Virus record (IMG/VR): IMGVR_UViG_3300044695_001846
Span: 1-64,000 of that record
Length of the DNA stretch: 64,000 nucleotides
Reading direction: 5' to 3' (one strand)
Source of the DNA: a virus
Lineage: Duplodnaviria; Caudoviricetes
Shown: positions 1 through 9,714 of the stretch, piece by piece
Layout of the letters: each line of letters opens with the position of its first letter
How positions within the stretch are numbered: position 1 is the first letter of the stretch
The notes under the pieces: model-generated
What the model was told of the DNA's origin: nothing
The model's input: only the letters and a program-made list of their open reading frames with translations
Databases searched by the model: none
Position numbers and translations under genes: made by a program

Positions 1-191
1 GCATCCATTATTATCTTTTATAACATATTGACAATATAGACATATATCTTCATATAGGGGAATCTCTGCATATTTATAAATCCCCCAAAAAATCCTACAT
101 ATATAACGGAGTTATAAGGTGTTGATGGATATACTATTTTGCCGAATTTTTGCGTTTTTAATTTGCGGATTTTTTGCGAGTTTTTTAAAAA

Positions 192-200
192 TGGTATAAT
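192..200 (+). promoter_or_regulatory. Extended -10 promoter TGGTATAAT (probably leaderless)
   Basis: 8 nt upstream of ATG 209, no SD; same motif recurs across the window. Confidence 0.7.
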
Positions 201-208
201 TAAGCATT

Positions 209-709
209 ATGGCAACAACAAGAGTGTTTAGACTTCCTAGCAATACCCAGCTTAATTCATATTTAACCCAGGCATCTGCTTCAACAACATATTTAACACA
301 GGCTTCTGCTTCTACTACATATGTTAAAAAATCAGGTGCAAATTATGCTATATCAAATGCTACAAGCACTACGGTAAATAGTGCTACTCCAACAATAATT
401 GCATCATTAACCATAACAACAAATGGAAGACCTATATTTTTAAATTCTACTGGAGATATGAATCCTACTGGTGGATCGGGGTGGAACTATTTGCAACTAT
501 ATAGAGATGCTACTGCAATAGGAAAATTTATAATTATTGAAGCATCAGCAGACACTAATAATCAAGGATATGCTTTAACTCATATTGATACCCCAGCTGC
601 TGGAACTTACACTTATACTGTAAGAGCTAATCGAGGATCTGGAACTACCATATATGGAGAAACTGGTAATAGTCAGGCTCCAACATTAATAGCAATAGAA
701 TTGTTTTAG
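209..709 (+). CDS. Small tail fibre/virion accessory protein with TYLTQASAS repeats
   Basis: Two YLTQASASTTY repeats followed by a beta-rich C-terminal domain (DTPAAGTYTYTV); preceded by TGGTATAAT. Confidence 0.6.
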   Translation: MATTRVFRLPSNTQLNSYLTQASASTTYLTQASASTTYVKKSGANYAISNATSTTVNSATPTIIASLTITTNGRPIFLNSTGDMNPTGGSGWNYLQLYRDATAIGKFIIIEASADTNNQGYALTHIDTPAAGTYTYTVRANRGSGTTIYGETGNSQAPTLIAIELF

Positions 710-739
710 TTTTTTTATATAATGATATAATTAATTATT

Positions 740-1591
740 ATGGCAACTAAAATTCAATTAAGAAGAGATAGTTCAGCAGATTGGACTACTATTAATCCCG
801 TCCTTTCTGAAGGTGAAATTGGATTTGAAACAAATACTGGAAAATTTAAAATTGGAAATGGATCTAGTGCATGGTCTGCTTTAAGTTACTTTGGTGGAGA
901 AGTTGATTTATCAACATATTTAACTATTTCTTCTGCTTCTACTACATACCTAACCCAGGCTTCAGCTTCTGCTACATATTTAGCTCAATCTTCTGCTTCT
1001 ACTACATACCTAACCCAGGCTTCAGCTTCTGCTACATATTTAGCTCAATCTTCTGCAACTTCTCCAGCATACCTACCCTTTGTCTCTGGTTCATATTATA
1101 AAAGCCCAGGAGCAAATAACAGCGGAATTTCATGTAATTTAAATTCTACAAATTTTGGACACTTTTATGTAGGACAAACTACATCATTTGACAGAATTGG
1201 ATGTTCAACTGGAACAGTCACTACTGCTGGAACTGCAAGACTTGGAATTTATACAGATTCAGGTGGTAAACCAGGAACTTTAGTTTTAGATGCTGGAACG
1301 GTTGCTTATTCTACAAACAATACTGCATATTTAATTACTATTAATCAAAGTTTAACTCCTGGATGGTATTGGCTAGCACATAATATGCAATCTGGAAGTT
1401 CTCTTTTTTTTGGAAGTGGTGGAAATCAAACTAGTATACAGGGTGTACAAAGAATGGGTTCAACAAATCCATTTACAAATATGGTAGCTGGTTATGAACA
1501 ATCATCAGTTACTGGAGCATTTCCAGCTTCAGCATCTGCAGCATTTTCAACAACTAATGGAATTGTATCAGCATATTTGAGGGCAACATAA
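740..1591 (+). CDS. Tail fibre protein with Mtd/hyaluronidase-type N-terminal module
   Basis: N-terminal KIQLRRDSSADW..NPVLSEGEIGFETNTGKFKIGNG is typical of Mtd-like fibre N-termini; SAS repeats; C-terminal ARLGIY..GKPGTLVLDAG domain. Confidence 0.75.
   Translation: MATKIQLRRDSSADWTTINPVLSEGEIGFETNTGKFKIGNGSSAWSALSYFGGEVDLSTYLTISSASTTYLTQASASATYLAQSSASTTYLTQASASATYLAQSSATSPAYLPFVSGSYYKSPGANNSGISCNLNSTNFGHFYVGQTTSFDRIGCSTGTVTTAGTARLGIYTDSGGKPGTLVLDAGTVAYSTNNTAYLITINQSLTPGWYWLAHNMQSGSSLFFGSGGNQTSIQGVQRMGSTNPFTNMVAGYEQSSVTGAFPASASAAFSTTNGIVSAYLRAT
929..1056 (+). repeat. 60-bp tandem repeat (about 2.1 copies) encoding SSASTTYLTQASASATYLAQ
   Basis: Identical 60-nt units at 929-988 and 989-1048, with a partial third copy. 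Confidence 0.95.
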
Positions 1592-1677
1592 TGGCTCAAC
1601 AAATTACTTACGGGATAGGTGGTTATGACCCATCAAAGCCAAATGACAATATTGTAGAAGTTATTGAAATAGACTAA
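1591..1677 (+). CDS. Small 28-aa protein MAQQITYGIGGYDPSKPNDNIVEVIEID (not in ORF track); putative fibre partner
   Basis: ATG overlaps the stop of the upstream fibre gene (TAATG coupling); translated by hand. Confidence 0.6.
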   Translation: MAQQITYGIGGYDPSKPNDNIVEVIEID

Positions 1678-1716
1678 TTAGCATAGTAGTTTATATAATG
1701 ATATAATAAGAATACT

Positions 1717-3354
1717 ATGGCTACAATATTTCCTGGATCCGCCTCTGTTGGTCAAATTTTTGACGGATATGAATTTAATGGAACTGCCTGGGATATTGTT
1801 GGTATTGATTTAACTGCTGATTACCCTGAAATTATTGATGGAAAAATATCTGCAAGCGTTATTCCTAGCACTTTTGCAACAACTTCATATGTAAATCAAC
1901 AAGTTGGAAATATTAATTTATCCCCATATTTAACACAATCTTCTGCTTCTACTACATATATTACACAAGCTTCTGCAAGTACAACATATGCTACAAAGAC
2001 TGAATTAAACAACATTGATTTAAGTTCCGCTTCTGCAGCAGCAGTTGCAGCAATTGTTGATTCAGCTCCATCCACATTAAATACTCTAAATGAACTTGCA
2101 GCAGCACTAGGTGATGATGCAAACTATGCATCCACAATTACAACAGCACTTGGAAATAAATTAGATACATCTACAGCAAGTTCTACATATCAGCCACTTA
2201 ATGGTGCTTTATCAACACTCTCTAGTACATTTGGAAATATTACTATTCAAAGTGGAATAGTTAATTTTGCAAACTATGGAATGGGAATGATATCCTGGTC
2301 ACTAGACACTAACACCTATTTAACAGAGATATCTGCTTCTACTACATATGCTCCAATAGTTCCAGCAGTACAAACAGGTTTCCGTAATGCCATTATTAAT
2401 GGTGGTATGGATATCTGGCAACGAGGCACATCAATTACTCCAACTAATGGTGGTTACAACGCAGATAGATGGTTAACTTGGCTAGATGGTTCTGGCTCAA
2501 CTCGCCTTATCACTCAGCAATCTTTTACCCCTGGAGCAGGAGAAATTTCAGGATACGAACCAAAATACTTTTTAAGATACAATCAGTCTGTTGCTGGCTC
2601 TGGAGCGACTTATAATTACTTGTTACAAAAGATTGAAGACGTAAGAACTTTTGCTGGTCAAACAATTTCAATTTCATTTTGGGCTAAAACTGCCGCTAAC
2701 ACTACAATTCCAGGAATTTTAATTGGTCAAGCTTATGGCTCTGGTGGTTCACCATCTTCTTTTCAGTACACAACAGTTGCTACAAGCGTAGCGGTTACAA
2801 CTTCTTGGACTAAGTTTACTTACACAGTTACCGTTCCGTCTTTATCTGGAAAAACATTAGGAACCAATCCAGATTCATCGCTACACATATTCTTTTCTTT
2901 ACCAATAAATGCAACCTTTACATTTGATGTGTGGGGTGTACAAGTGGAAGCAGGTTCAGTAGCCACACCATTTGAACAACGTCCTATTGGTACAGAGTTA
3001 TCACTATGTCAGAGGTATTACTGGCGTAAAACTGCAGAAGGTGCTGCCAACGCAGGTGCAGCATTTGGTTCTGGCGTATGCACTACTGGAACAAGTAGTT
3101 TTATAGAGTTTTATTTTCCAGTTCAAATGCGGACTATTCCAACAATGGCAATAAGTTCGGGTAACTTAGTTTTAACAGACTCAGTTACCTACAATCTTGG
3201 AAGCGTGTCAATCGCATCTCAAATTTACAACAGCACAACTACGGGAAGAATTACTTTTAGTCATGCTGGAACTGGAACAGCATTTCGTCCCCACGTTTTA
3301 GCAGCAAACACAACAACAAGTGCGGCTTGGGTAGATGCGAGTGCGGAACTATAA
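1717..3354 (+). CDS. Tail fibre protein with C-terminal carbohydrate-binding-like domain
   Basis: SAPSTLNTLNELAAALGDD fibre motif; RNAIINGGMDIWQRGT...GVQVEAGSVATPFEQRPIGTELSLCQRYY module. Confidence 0.8.
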   Translation: MATIFPGSASVGQIFDGYEFNGTAWDIVGIDLTADYPEIIDGKISASVIPSTFATTSYVNQQVGNINLSPYLTQSSASTTYITQASASTTYATKTELNNIDLSSASAAAVAAIVDSAPSTLNTLNELAAALGDDANYASTITTALGNKLDTSTASSTYQPLNGALSTLSSTFGNITIQSGIVNFANYGMGMISWSLDTNTYLTEISASTTYAPIVPAVQTGFRNAIINGGMDIWQRGTSITPTNGGYNADRWLTWLDGSGSTRLITQQSFTPGAGEISGYEPKYFLRYNQSVAGSGATYNYLLQKIEDVRTFAGQTISISFWAKTAANTTIPGILIGQAYGSGGSPSSFQYTTVATSVAVTTSWTKFTYTVTVPSLSGKTLGTNPDSSLHIFFSLPINATFTFDVWGVQVEAGSVATPFEQRPIGTELSLCQRYYWRKTAEGAANAGAAFGSGVCTTGTSSFIEFYFPVQMRTIPTMAISSGNLVLTDSVTYNLGSVSIASQIYNSTTTGRITFSHAGTGTAFRPHVLAANTTTSAAWVDASAEL

Positions 3355-3373
3355 TGGCTTGTAGAACAATATA

Positions 3374-3601
3374 CTAAATATTACTACTTGCAGACTTTTC
3401 ATTAATAGTATCTAATTCATTTACAATCTTATAAGCCCATTGAGTAATTGAATATTCATATTTATTATAATGATGACCACAAAACATTAATTCCCCTGAA
3501 ACTCCAGTAGCAAGTACAAATGCTTGAGCACCACATCTATCACAACGATCTGCAATTTTTAATACTTTATCTTCTTGCTTTTTTACTTTTGTTTCAGGCA
3601 T
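3374..3601 (-). CDS. Small Zn-binding protein of an actinobacterial family (DRCDRCGAQA...LMFCGHH)
   Basis: CxxC...CxHH motif resembling a conserved small actinobacterial protein; AGGAG RBS on the minus strand at about 3609-3613. Confidence 0.7.
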   Translation of the reverse strand: MPETKVKKQEDKVLKIADRCDRCGAQAFVLATGVSGELMFCGHHYNKYEYSITQWAYKIVNELDTINEKSASSNI

Positions 3602-3671
3602 TTATTAACTCCTATGTTATTCATATGTTATAATTGTCATTAAGTCTTACTTTGGAGTATACCATAAAATA

Positions 3672-3986
3672 GTGAATAATTCAATATCTATGTTTGTTGA
3701 AAACTGGCAAATGTTTTTATCTCTTACCGCCATTCTAGGCGTTGGTTATGCAACCGTAAGAAAATTTGAAAGAATTCTTGGTAAAGATGAAAAGGGTAGA
3801 ACTATTGCAGATAGACTAGATCGTGTAGAGCATCAGATATTTCCAAATGGTGGCTCAAGCCTTGCAGACAAGGTAAACAATCTTGGATCTAATCAAGGTG
3901 AAATTAAAGCAGATGTTAAGCAATTAACTGGAGAAGTAAAAGTAATTCACGATGTTTTAGTAGCATATATTGCAGATAAGAAATAA
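3672..3986 (+). CDS. Membrane protein, DUF2746-like (possibly lysis-associated)
   Basis: One N-terminal TM helix, then PNGGSSL motif and coiled coil, as in actinophage DUF2746-type proteins; start could be ATG 3690. Confidence 0.55.
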   Translation: MNNSISMFVENWQMFLSLTAILGVGYATVRKFERILGKDEKGRTIADRLDRVEHQIFPNGGSSLADKVNNLGSNQGEIKADVKQLTGEVKVIHDVLVAYIADKK

Positions 3987-4025
3987 AATAGTTTGGTATA
4001 ATAAGAAAGTAAGAAATAAATAGGA

Positions 4026-4379
4026 GTGCCCAACATGACCCCAGGGCTTGTAAACTTTGTTTGTCCTCAAGGTAGTACCTTTAGAAGGACTTTAACATAC
4101 TCCCTGGATGATCTTCCTATTAATTTATCTGGATATTCTTCAAGATTACAAGTAAGGCAAGCATATTATTCTGATGATCCAATTGTTTCCCTAGTTTCTG
4201 GAAGTGGAATTACTATTGGAGGATCTGCAGGAACTATTGATATATTCATTGCAGCAAGTGCTACATCTAATTTTCCTGCAGGAAATCACGTTTATGATTT
4301 AGAAATAATCAGCCCATCAAACATTGTTGATAGATTAATCGAAGGTACATTCAATGTAACCCCAGAGGTAACAAGGTAA
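4026..4379 (+). CDS. Virion adaptor protein (BppU N-terminal-like)
   Basis: QGSTF...PINLSGYSSRLQVR...YDLEI...RLIEGTFNVTPEVTR signature; AGGAG RBS. Confidence 0.65.
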   Translation: MPNMTPGLVNFVCPQGSTFRRTLTYSLDDLPINLSGYSSRLQVRQAYYSDDPIVSLVSGSGITIGGSAGTIDIFIAASATSNFPAGNHVYDLEIISPSNIVDRLIEGTFNVTPEVTR

Positions 4380-4825
4380 TGGCAGAATTAAAAGTAGAAA
4401 TTGATCAAATTGTAAATAATATAACAATTGATGAAGAAAATGTAGTTATTGAATTAGGAACTTCTGGTCCACAAGGTGGAAGAGGGACTGGAATTCTTAA
4501 TGGCATAACGGCTCCAAATAATACTATTGGTATTGTTGGAGATTTTTTCTTAAATACAACAAACATGAATTTGTATGGTCCAAAAACAGATTCAGGTTGG
4601 GGAACTCCAACAGATTTAGTAGGAAGTCAAGAACTTGGTTATGTTCACATTCAATCAGTACCCTCTGCGGTATGGAACGTAACACACGGATTAGGGTTTA
4701 CCCCTAATATTACAGTAGTTGATACAGCAGGAACAGTTGTTGAGGGGTCATATAACTATCCAAATTCAAGTACTGTAGTTTTGTCCTTTATCGGAGCATT
4801 TTCGGGAAGGGCGTATTTATCGTAA
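4379..4825 (+). CDS. Virion/fibre-associated protein with short collagen-like GPQGGRG motif
   Basis: GPQGGRG, G..GDFFLN...LYGPK and C-terminal WNVTHGLG..P.ITVVD domain. Confidence 0.6.
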   Translation: MAELKVEIDQIVNNITIDEENVVIELGTSGPQGGRGTGILNGITAPNNTIGIVGDFFLNTTNMNLYGPKTDSGWGTPTDLVGSQELGYVHIQSVPSAVWNVTHGLGFTPNITVVDTAGTVVEGSYNYPNSSTVVLSFIGAFSGRAYLS

Positions 4826-4843
4826 TGAAGGAGGTGAAAATAT

Positions 4844-6289
4844 ATGTCTAGAAAATTTTTAACAAGTATTGATTTAAATCGTAATGAATTGCAAAACGGT
4901 GTTATCCATAATTTGGCTACAGATCCAGGTTCTGGAGTTGCTGGTCAAGTTTACTTTAACACTGTTGACAACACGTTAAAAGTATATACTGGATCATCTT
5001 GGGAAGCCGTTGGGTCTACTGAATTTATTGGTGATGCAGTAAATGATTTACTTGATAGTGGAGCTGGAATTTCATTAAACTATAATGATGCTGGAAATTC
5101 TCTTACAATTGCAAACACTGGCGTAACTAGCATTGCTGGTACAGCTAACGAAGTATCTGTAAGCGGATCTGCTGGTGCAGTAACAGTAAGTCTTCCAAAC
5201 TCTATTACAGTAGATGTGACTGGTGCTTTAACTGGTAATGCAAGTACTGCTAGCACTTTGCAGACACCTAGATCTATTGGTCTTGGTGGATCTTTAAGTG
5301 GTAGTGTTAGTTTTGATGGAAGTCAGAACGTAACAATTACAGCAGATATCGTAGCAGATTCAGTTGCTCTTGGTGCAGATACAACTGGTGATTATGTAGC
5401 AGGTGCAAGTGCATCTGGTGCAGGTATCAGTGTAACTGGTTCAGGTGGTGAAGGTTCAACTCTAACGATTTCTAACACTGGTGTTACATCTCTTTCAGGA
5501 ACAGCTAATGAAGTAACTGTTTCAGGATCTGCTGGAGCAATTACAATTGGTCTTCCAGATGATGTAACAATTGGAGGAAATCTTGGTGTAACTGGAAATC
5601 TAACTGTAAGTGGAAGCGTAACAACTTTAAATACAGAAACTTTGCTAGTTGAGGATAATCAAATTACCCTTAATAGCAATGTAACTGGAGTTCCTGCAGC
5701 AAATGCAGGTCTTGAAGTTGAGCGTGGTGATTCAACCAATGCTTCTTTAATTTGGAATGAATCATCTGATAAATGGTCAGCTGGACTTCTTGGTAGCGAA
5801 ACTGCTATCTCTCTTGAAGGTCACGTCCATGCAACATCTGATATAACTGGATTACAGGAGTATGTTGAAGATACAGTTGGCACAATGCTAACAGACTCTT
5901 CAACAGTTGATTTCACATATTCAGATAATTCTGGAAGTGCTGGAACATTCACTGCTGGTATCATTACAGCTTCAACAAGCTATTTGACAACTGGTAGTGG
6001 TCTTGCTGTTGATATTTCTTCTGTAGAGTCAAAGTTAATAACTGATGGATTCCCAAAGAAATATGCAGCTAATAACACATCGCTAACATCAACTAGTGGA
6101 GTATGTACCTGGACTGTAACACACAACCTTGCAACTAAGGATGTAACAGTTCAAGTATATGAAGTTGCTGCTGATTATAATCAGGTAGAAGTAGATGTAC
6201 AACATACATCAACATCTGCTATAACTATTAAAATTAATAGTGCAACAACAATTGCTGCTGACACATATCGTGTTGTAGTAATTGGATAA
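4844..6289 (+). CDS. Tail fibre protein
   Basis: Gly/Ser/Thr-rich repeats (NTGVTSxxGTANEV twice), VEDNQITLN..AGLEVERG motif, C-terminal THNL domain; GGAGG RBS. Confidence 0.75.
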   Translation: MSRKFLTSIDLNRNELQNGVIHNLATDPGSGVAGQVYFNTVDNTLKVYTGSSWEAVGSTEFIGDAVNDLLDSGAGISLNYNDAGNSLTIANTGVTSIAGTANEVSVSGSAGAVTVSLPNSITVDVTGALTGNASTASTLQTPRSIGLGGSLSGSVSFDGSQNVTITADIVADSVALGADTTGDYVAGASASGAGISVTGSGGEGSTLTISNTGVTSLSGTANEVTVSGSAGAITIGLPDDVTIGGNLGVTGNLTVSGSVTTLNTETLLVEDNQITLNSNVTGVPAANAGLEVERGDSTNASLIWNESSDKWSAGLLGSETAISLEGHVHATSDITGLQEYVEDTVGTMLTDSSTVDFTYSDNSGSAGTFTAGIITASTSYLTTGSGLAVDISSVESKLITDGFPKKYAANNTSLTSTSGVCTWTVTHNLATKDVTVQVYEVAADYNQVEVDVQHTSTSAITIKINSATTIAADTYRVVVIG

Positions 6290-6302
6290 AGTATAATATA
6301 GT

Positions 6303-6338
6303 ATGTGGGGGGCTAGATTAAACCCTAGCCCCTCATAT
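6303..6338 (+). other. GC-rich stem-loop in the leader of the long fibre gene
   Basis: GGGGCTAG (6309-6316) pairs with CTAGCCCC (6325-6332), extendable with GU pairs; no U-tract; just downstream of TATAAT 6292-6297. Confidence 0.7.
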
Positions 6339-6350
6339 TAGAAGGAAAAA

Positions 6351-9300
6351 ATGGCAAAGAAATTTTTAAGTACTTTAAAGATAGTTAATCTACCTTCAGA
6401 TCCTATAAGTGGATCCGAGGGAGAACTATACTTTAATACTTCAGCATCAGTAGCAAAGGTTTACCAAGCAGGAGCTTGGTCAGTCCTTGGTGCAGGTGCT
6501 GGCGGTGGAACTACCGTTAGCACAACAGAACCACCTTCTCCAGAAATTGGGGATTCCTGGTATAAAAATGATACTGGTGAATTTTATGTATATGATGGAA
6601 CTTATTGGGTAGAAGTAAATGGAGTTATTGAAGGAGAAAGTAATCTATATACTCTTTCAGATGTAACTATTACAAATCCTACAAATAATGAAGTGTTAGC
6701 ATATGATTCTTCAGGATCTATTTGGATTAATCAAACAGCAAGTGAAACTGGATTATTAACAGAAGAATCTGCTTCTTCTACATATCTTACACAACTATCT
6801 GCTTCTATGAATTATTTAACATCTGACGATGCTATTATGCTATATCAGCCAATAAGTGTAAGACTTTTTAACTTAACTGGCTTAGAAAATGTAGAAGGAT
6901 TTTTAAGAACTGATGGTGGTCTTGGATGGGGAGTAGATACTGCAACTTATTTAACAACTTGGAGTGCATCTTCAACTTATTTAACTCAAGCAGATGCTTC
7001 TAGTGTTTATTTAACACAAACAAATGCAGCAAATACTTATCTAACTCCTGCAACTAGTGCTTCAATATATCAACCATTAGATGCAGACTTGACTACAATT
7101 GCAGCACTATCAGGATCTTCAGGGTTTTTAAAGAAAAATATTTTTGATAATTGGGTAATAGATAGTAACACATATTTAACAACTTATGATGCTTCAACTC
7201 TTTATCAAACAACTGGAGATTATGCAACAATTAGTGGAGTTGAAACTTTATCAAATAAGACTATGAGTTCCGCTTTTATTGATGGAACTTTGACATTTAA
7301 TGACATAGATCATGATCACACTATTTCCTCAGCATCAAATAATTTTACAATTAATGCACATCAAGATCTTTATTTAACTACAACTACTGGAAGCATTGTT
7401 TTACAACCAGATGAATTTGTAAAAATATATGATGAACATGTTGCTACACAAGAATGGGTAGATTTTCAAGACTACTTAACACAGGTTAGTGCCTCTACAA
7501 TATATCAGCCAATTGGATCATATTCTACAACTTCTCATAATCATACTTTAGATAGTCTTTCAAATGTTGTAATTACTGGAACTCCATCAGATGGACAGGC
7601 AATTGTTTGGGATACGTCTACTTCAAAATGGGTAAATGAAACAATAGCTTCAGGATCTTCTTATCCAGATCAAACTGGTAACAATGGAAAATTTTTACAA
7701 ACAAATGGTGCAAGTGTATCTTGGCAAAATGTTGATCTAAGTTCTAAGCAAAACTACTCAGTAGTCCTTGACACATTAGGATCATCATACGTTAGTCTAG
7801 GAGAAGGATCTGGGTTCTTAAAATATACTAGAGGTTTCCTGGGAAGTTCACCAACATGGTCATTAGATACAGCTACATATTTAACATCATATACAGAAAC
7901 ATCCACATTAGAAGATGTAACTGATCGTGGAGCAACATCATCAAATGCAATTACTATTAGCAATACAACAGAGGCTACTAATGCTACTACAGGTGCTTTA
8001 ATTGTGTCTGGTGGTGTTGGCGTAGCAAAAGATCTTTGGATTGATGGAAATTTACATGTTGCTGGAACTACAACAACTGAAAACACTAAAACAGTAGCAA
8101 CTCATGATAATTTAATTTATTTAAATGCTGCTTTAGATTCAACTATTACAAATGCTGTATATTCAAGTGGATCTATTATTTATACTGCAGATAATTTGTA
8201 TGTTGCTGAAATGGATATTAGAATTACTGGAGTAAGTCCATCAGCATTTAATATATCTTCTGGAGATTTATTAACAGTTGCTTCTGCAACCCCTACACAG
8301 TTTGTTGTTATAAAATCAGATCCAGGAGCATCTTATATTTCTGGTGGAACTGCACACGCAAAAGAAGAGGCTGATCCAGATTTAGGATTTTCAGGTGGAT
8401 ATTATGATGCAGGTTATGCTCACGCAGGTTTATTTAGAGACGCATCTGATGGAGTATTTAAATTCTTCCAAGGATATACCCCAGAACCAGATGAAGCGGT
8501 AAATATTGACACTACTCACGCATCATTTGCATTTGCAGACATACAAATAAGAAATATAAAGCCACAGGGATCTGGTCAAAATGATAACTTTGGAATTGGT
8601 TATAATGCAACATTTAATGCTACTGGATTTGCAAATTTTGGTATAGGGCAAAATGCTTTTAGTGGTGGAAGTGGAACAAACAACTTTGCAATTGGCGATA
8701 ACTCCTTGGAAAATAATACTGGAGGAAGGAACTTTGCATTTGGTGGTTCTGCATTAACTAATAATACTGGAGACTATAATTATGCAATCGGTAAAGATTC
8801 TTTACAAAATAATAGTGGATGGGATAACTACAGTATTGGACCTGCTCTTTATGGAAATACTGGAGACTGGAATTATGCAGTAGGAACTAATTCTTTGCAG
8901 AGTAATACTGGAGACTATAATTTTGCATTTGGGTATCAGGCTGGTCTTAATAATACTGGTTCATACAATGTTTATATTGGTAAATCAGAAGGTCTTTCAA
9001 CAAGTAATAATATAGTTATTGCAGATAATGAAGGCAATATAAGAGCACAATATTTATCTGCAAGTTCTGGATGGACTTTAGGAACAGTTGTTTCTGGAAC
9101 CTGGAATGGATCAGCAATTGGATATCAATACGGTGGAACAGGTCTTACTTCTTTAGGTAGTGCTGGCTATGTTCTTGCAGTAAATGCAACAGTTGACGGT
9201 CTTGAATGGGTAGAAATCACTGGTGGTGGATCATCATTTACCAATTCTTCAGAACTTGCAGCATTATTATCAGATGAAACTGGAAGTGGATCTGTAGTAT

Positions 9301-9707
9301 TTTCTAATTCACCAACTCTTACTACTCCAAATATTGGAGCAGCAACTGGAACCTCTTTGACCACAACTGGAAATGTTATTTCACATGTTGATATTTCAAC
9401 ACCTACATTTGTTACAAATTCATATACCATCACATCTACTGATGATGGAAAACTTTTAATGCTAAATAATTCTACAACAGCTGGAAATCTTTTGATTCCA
9501 ACAGATGCGACTTTTAATTTCCCAATTGGAACACAGATAAACATTGTTCAGGCAGGAACTGGTCTAATTACTGTAGCAGCAGTAACTCCAGCAACAACAA
9601 CAGTAAATGCTACTCCTGGTAAAAAACTTAGAGCACAATGGTCTTCAGCAGCAATTGTTAAAACTGCAGCAAATACTTGGTTATTGATGGGAGACCTAAC
9701 GGTATAA
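6351..9707 (+). CDS. Long tail fibre/adhesin protein (1118 aa)
   Basis: Mosaic of fibre motifs: TYLT/SAS repeats, GALIVSGGVGVAKDL, N.AIG..SL..NTG (YadA-like head repeats), C-terminal FPIGTQI...TWLLMGDL domain. Confidence 0.8.
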   Translation: MAKKFLSTLKIVNLPSDPISGSEGELYFNTSASVAKVYQAGAWSVLGAGAGGGTTVSTTEPPSPEIGDSWYKNDTGEFYVYDGTYWVEVNGVIEGESNLYTLSDVTITNPTNNEVLAYDSSGSIWINQTASETGLLTEESASSTYLTQLSASMNYLTSDDAIMLYQPISVRLFNLTGLENVEGFLRTDGGLGWGVDTATYLTTWSASSTYLTQADASSVYLTQTNAANTYLTPATSASIYQPLDADLTTIAALSGSSGFLKKNIFDNWVIDSNTYLTTYDASTLYQTTGDYATISGVETLSNKTMSSAFIDGTLTFNDIDHDHTISSASNNFTINAHQDLYLTTTTGSIVLQPDEFVKIYDEHVATQEWVDFQDYLTQVSASTIYQPIGSYSTTSHNHTLDSLSNVVITGTPSDGQAIVWDTSTSKWVNETIASGSSYPDQTGNNGKFLQTNGASVSWQNVDLSSKQNYSVVLDTLGSSYVSLGEGSGFLKYTRGFLGSSPTWSLDTATYLTSYTETSTLEDVTDRGATSSNAITISNTTEATNATTGALIVSGGVGVAKDLWIDGNLHVAGTTTTENTKTVATHDNLIYLNAALDSTITNAVYSSGSIIYTADNLYVAEMDIRITGVSPSAFNISSGDLLTVASATPTQFVVIKSDPGASYISGGTAHAKEEADPDLGFSGGYYDAGYAHAGLFRDASDGVFKFFQGYTPEPDEAVNIDTTHASFAFADIQIRNIKPQGSGQNDNFGIGYNATFNATGFANFGIGQNAFSGGSGTNNFAIGDNSLENNTGGRNFAFGGSALTNNTGDYNYAIGKDSLQNNSGWDNYSIGPALYGNTGDWNYAVGTNSLQSNTGDYNFAFGYQAGLNNTGSYNVYIGKSEGLSTSNNIVIADNEGNIRAQYLSASSGWTLGTVVSGTWNGSAIGYQYGGTGLTSLGSAGYVLAVNATVDGLEWVEITGGGSSFTNSSELAALLSDETGSGSVVFSNSPTLTTPNIGAATGTSLTTTGNVISHVDISTPTFVTNSYTITSTDDGKLLMLNNSTTAGNLLIPTDATFNFPIGTQINIVQAGTGLITVAAVTPATTTVNATPGKKLRAQWSSAAIVKTAANTWLLMGDLTV

Positions 9708-9708
9708 T
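9701..9708 (+). promoter_or_regulatory. -10 promoter GGTATAAT driving the Cys-ladder operon (probably leaderless)
   Basis: TATAAT 9703-9708, 6 nt before ATG 9715, no SD. Confidence 0.6.
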
Positions 9709-9714
9709 AATATT

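Noticed and set aside
1-110. Possible minus-strand ORF fragment (…KYAEIPLYEDICLYCQY…) at the left edge
   Set aside because: No convincing start codon or RBS in that frame, and truncated by the window
3354-3377. Tiny coupled ORF MACRTIY after the fibre gene
   Set aside because: Only 7 codons; indistinguishable from chance
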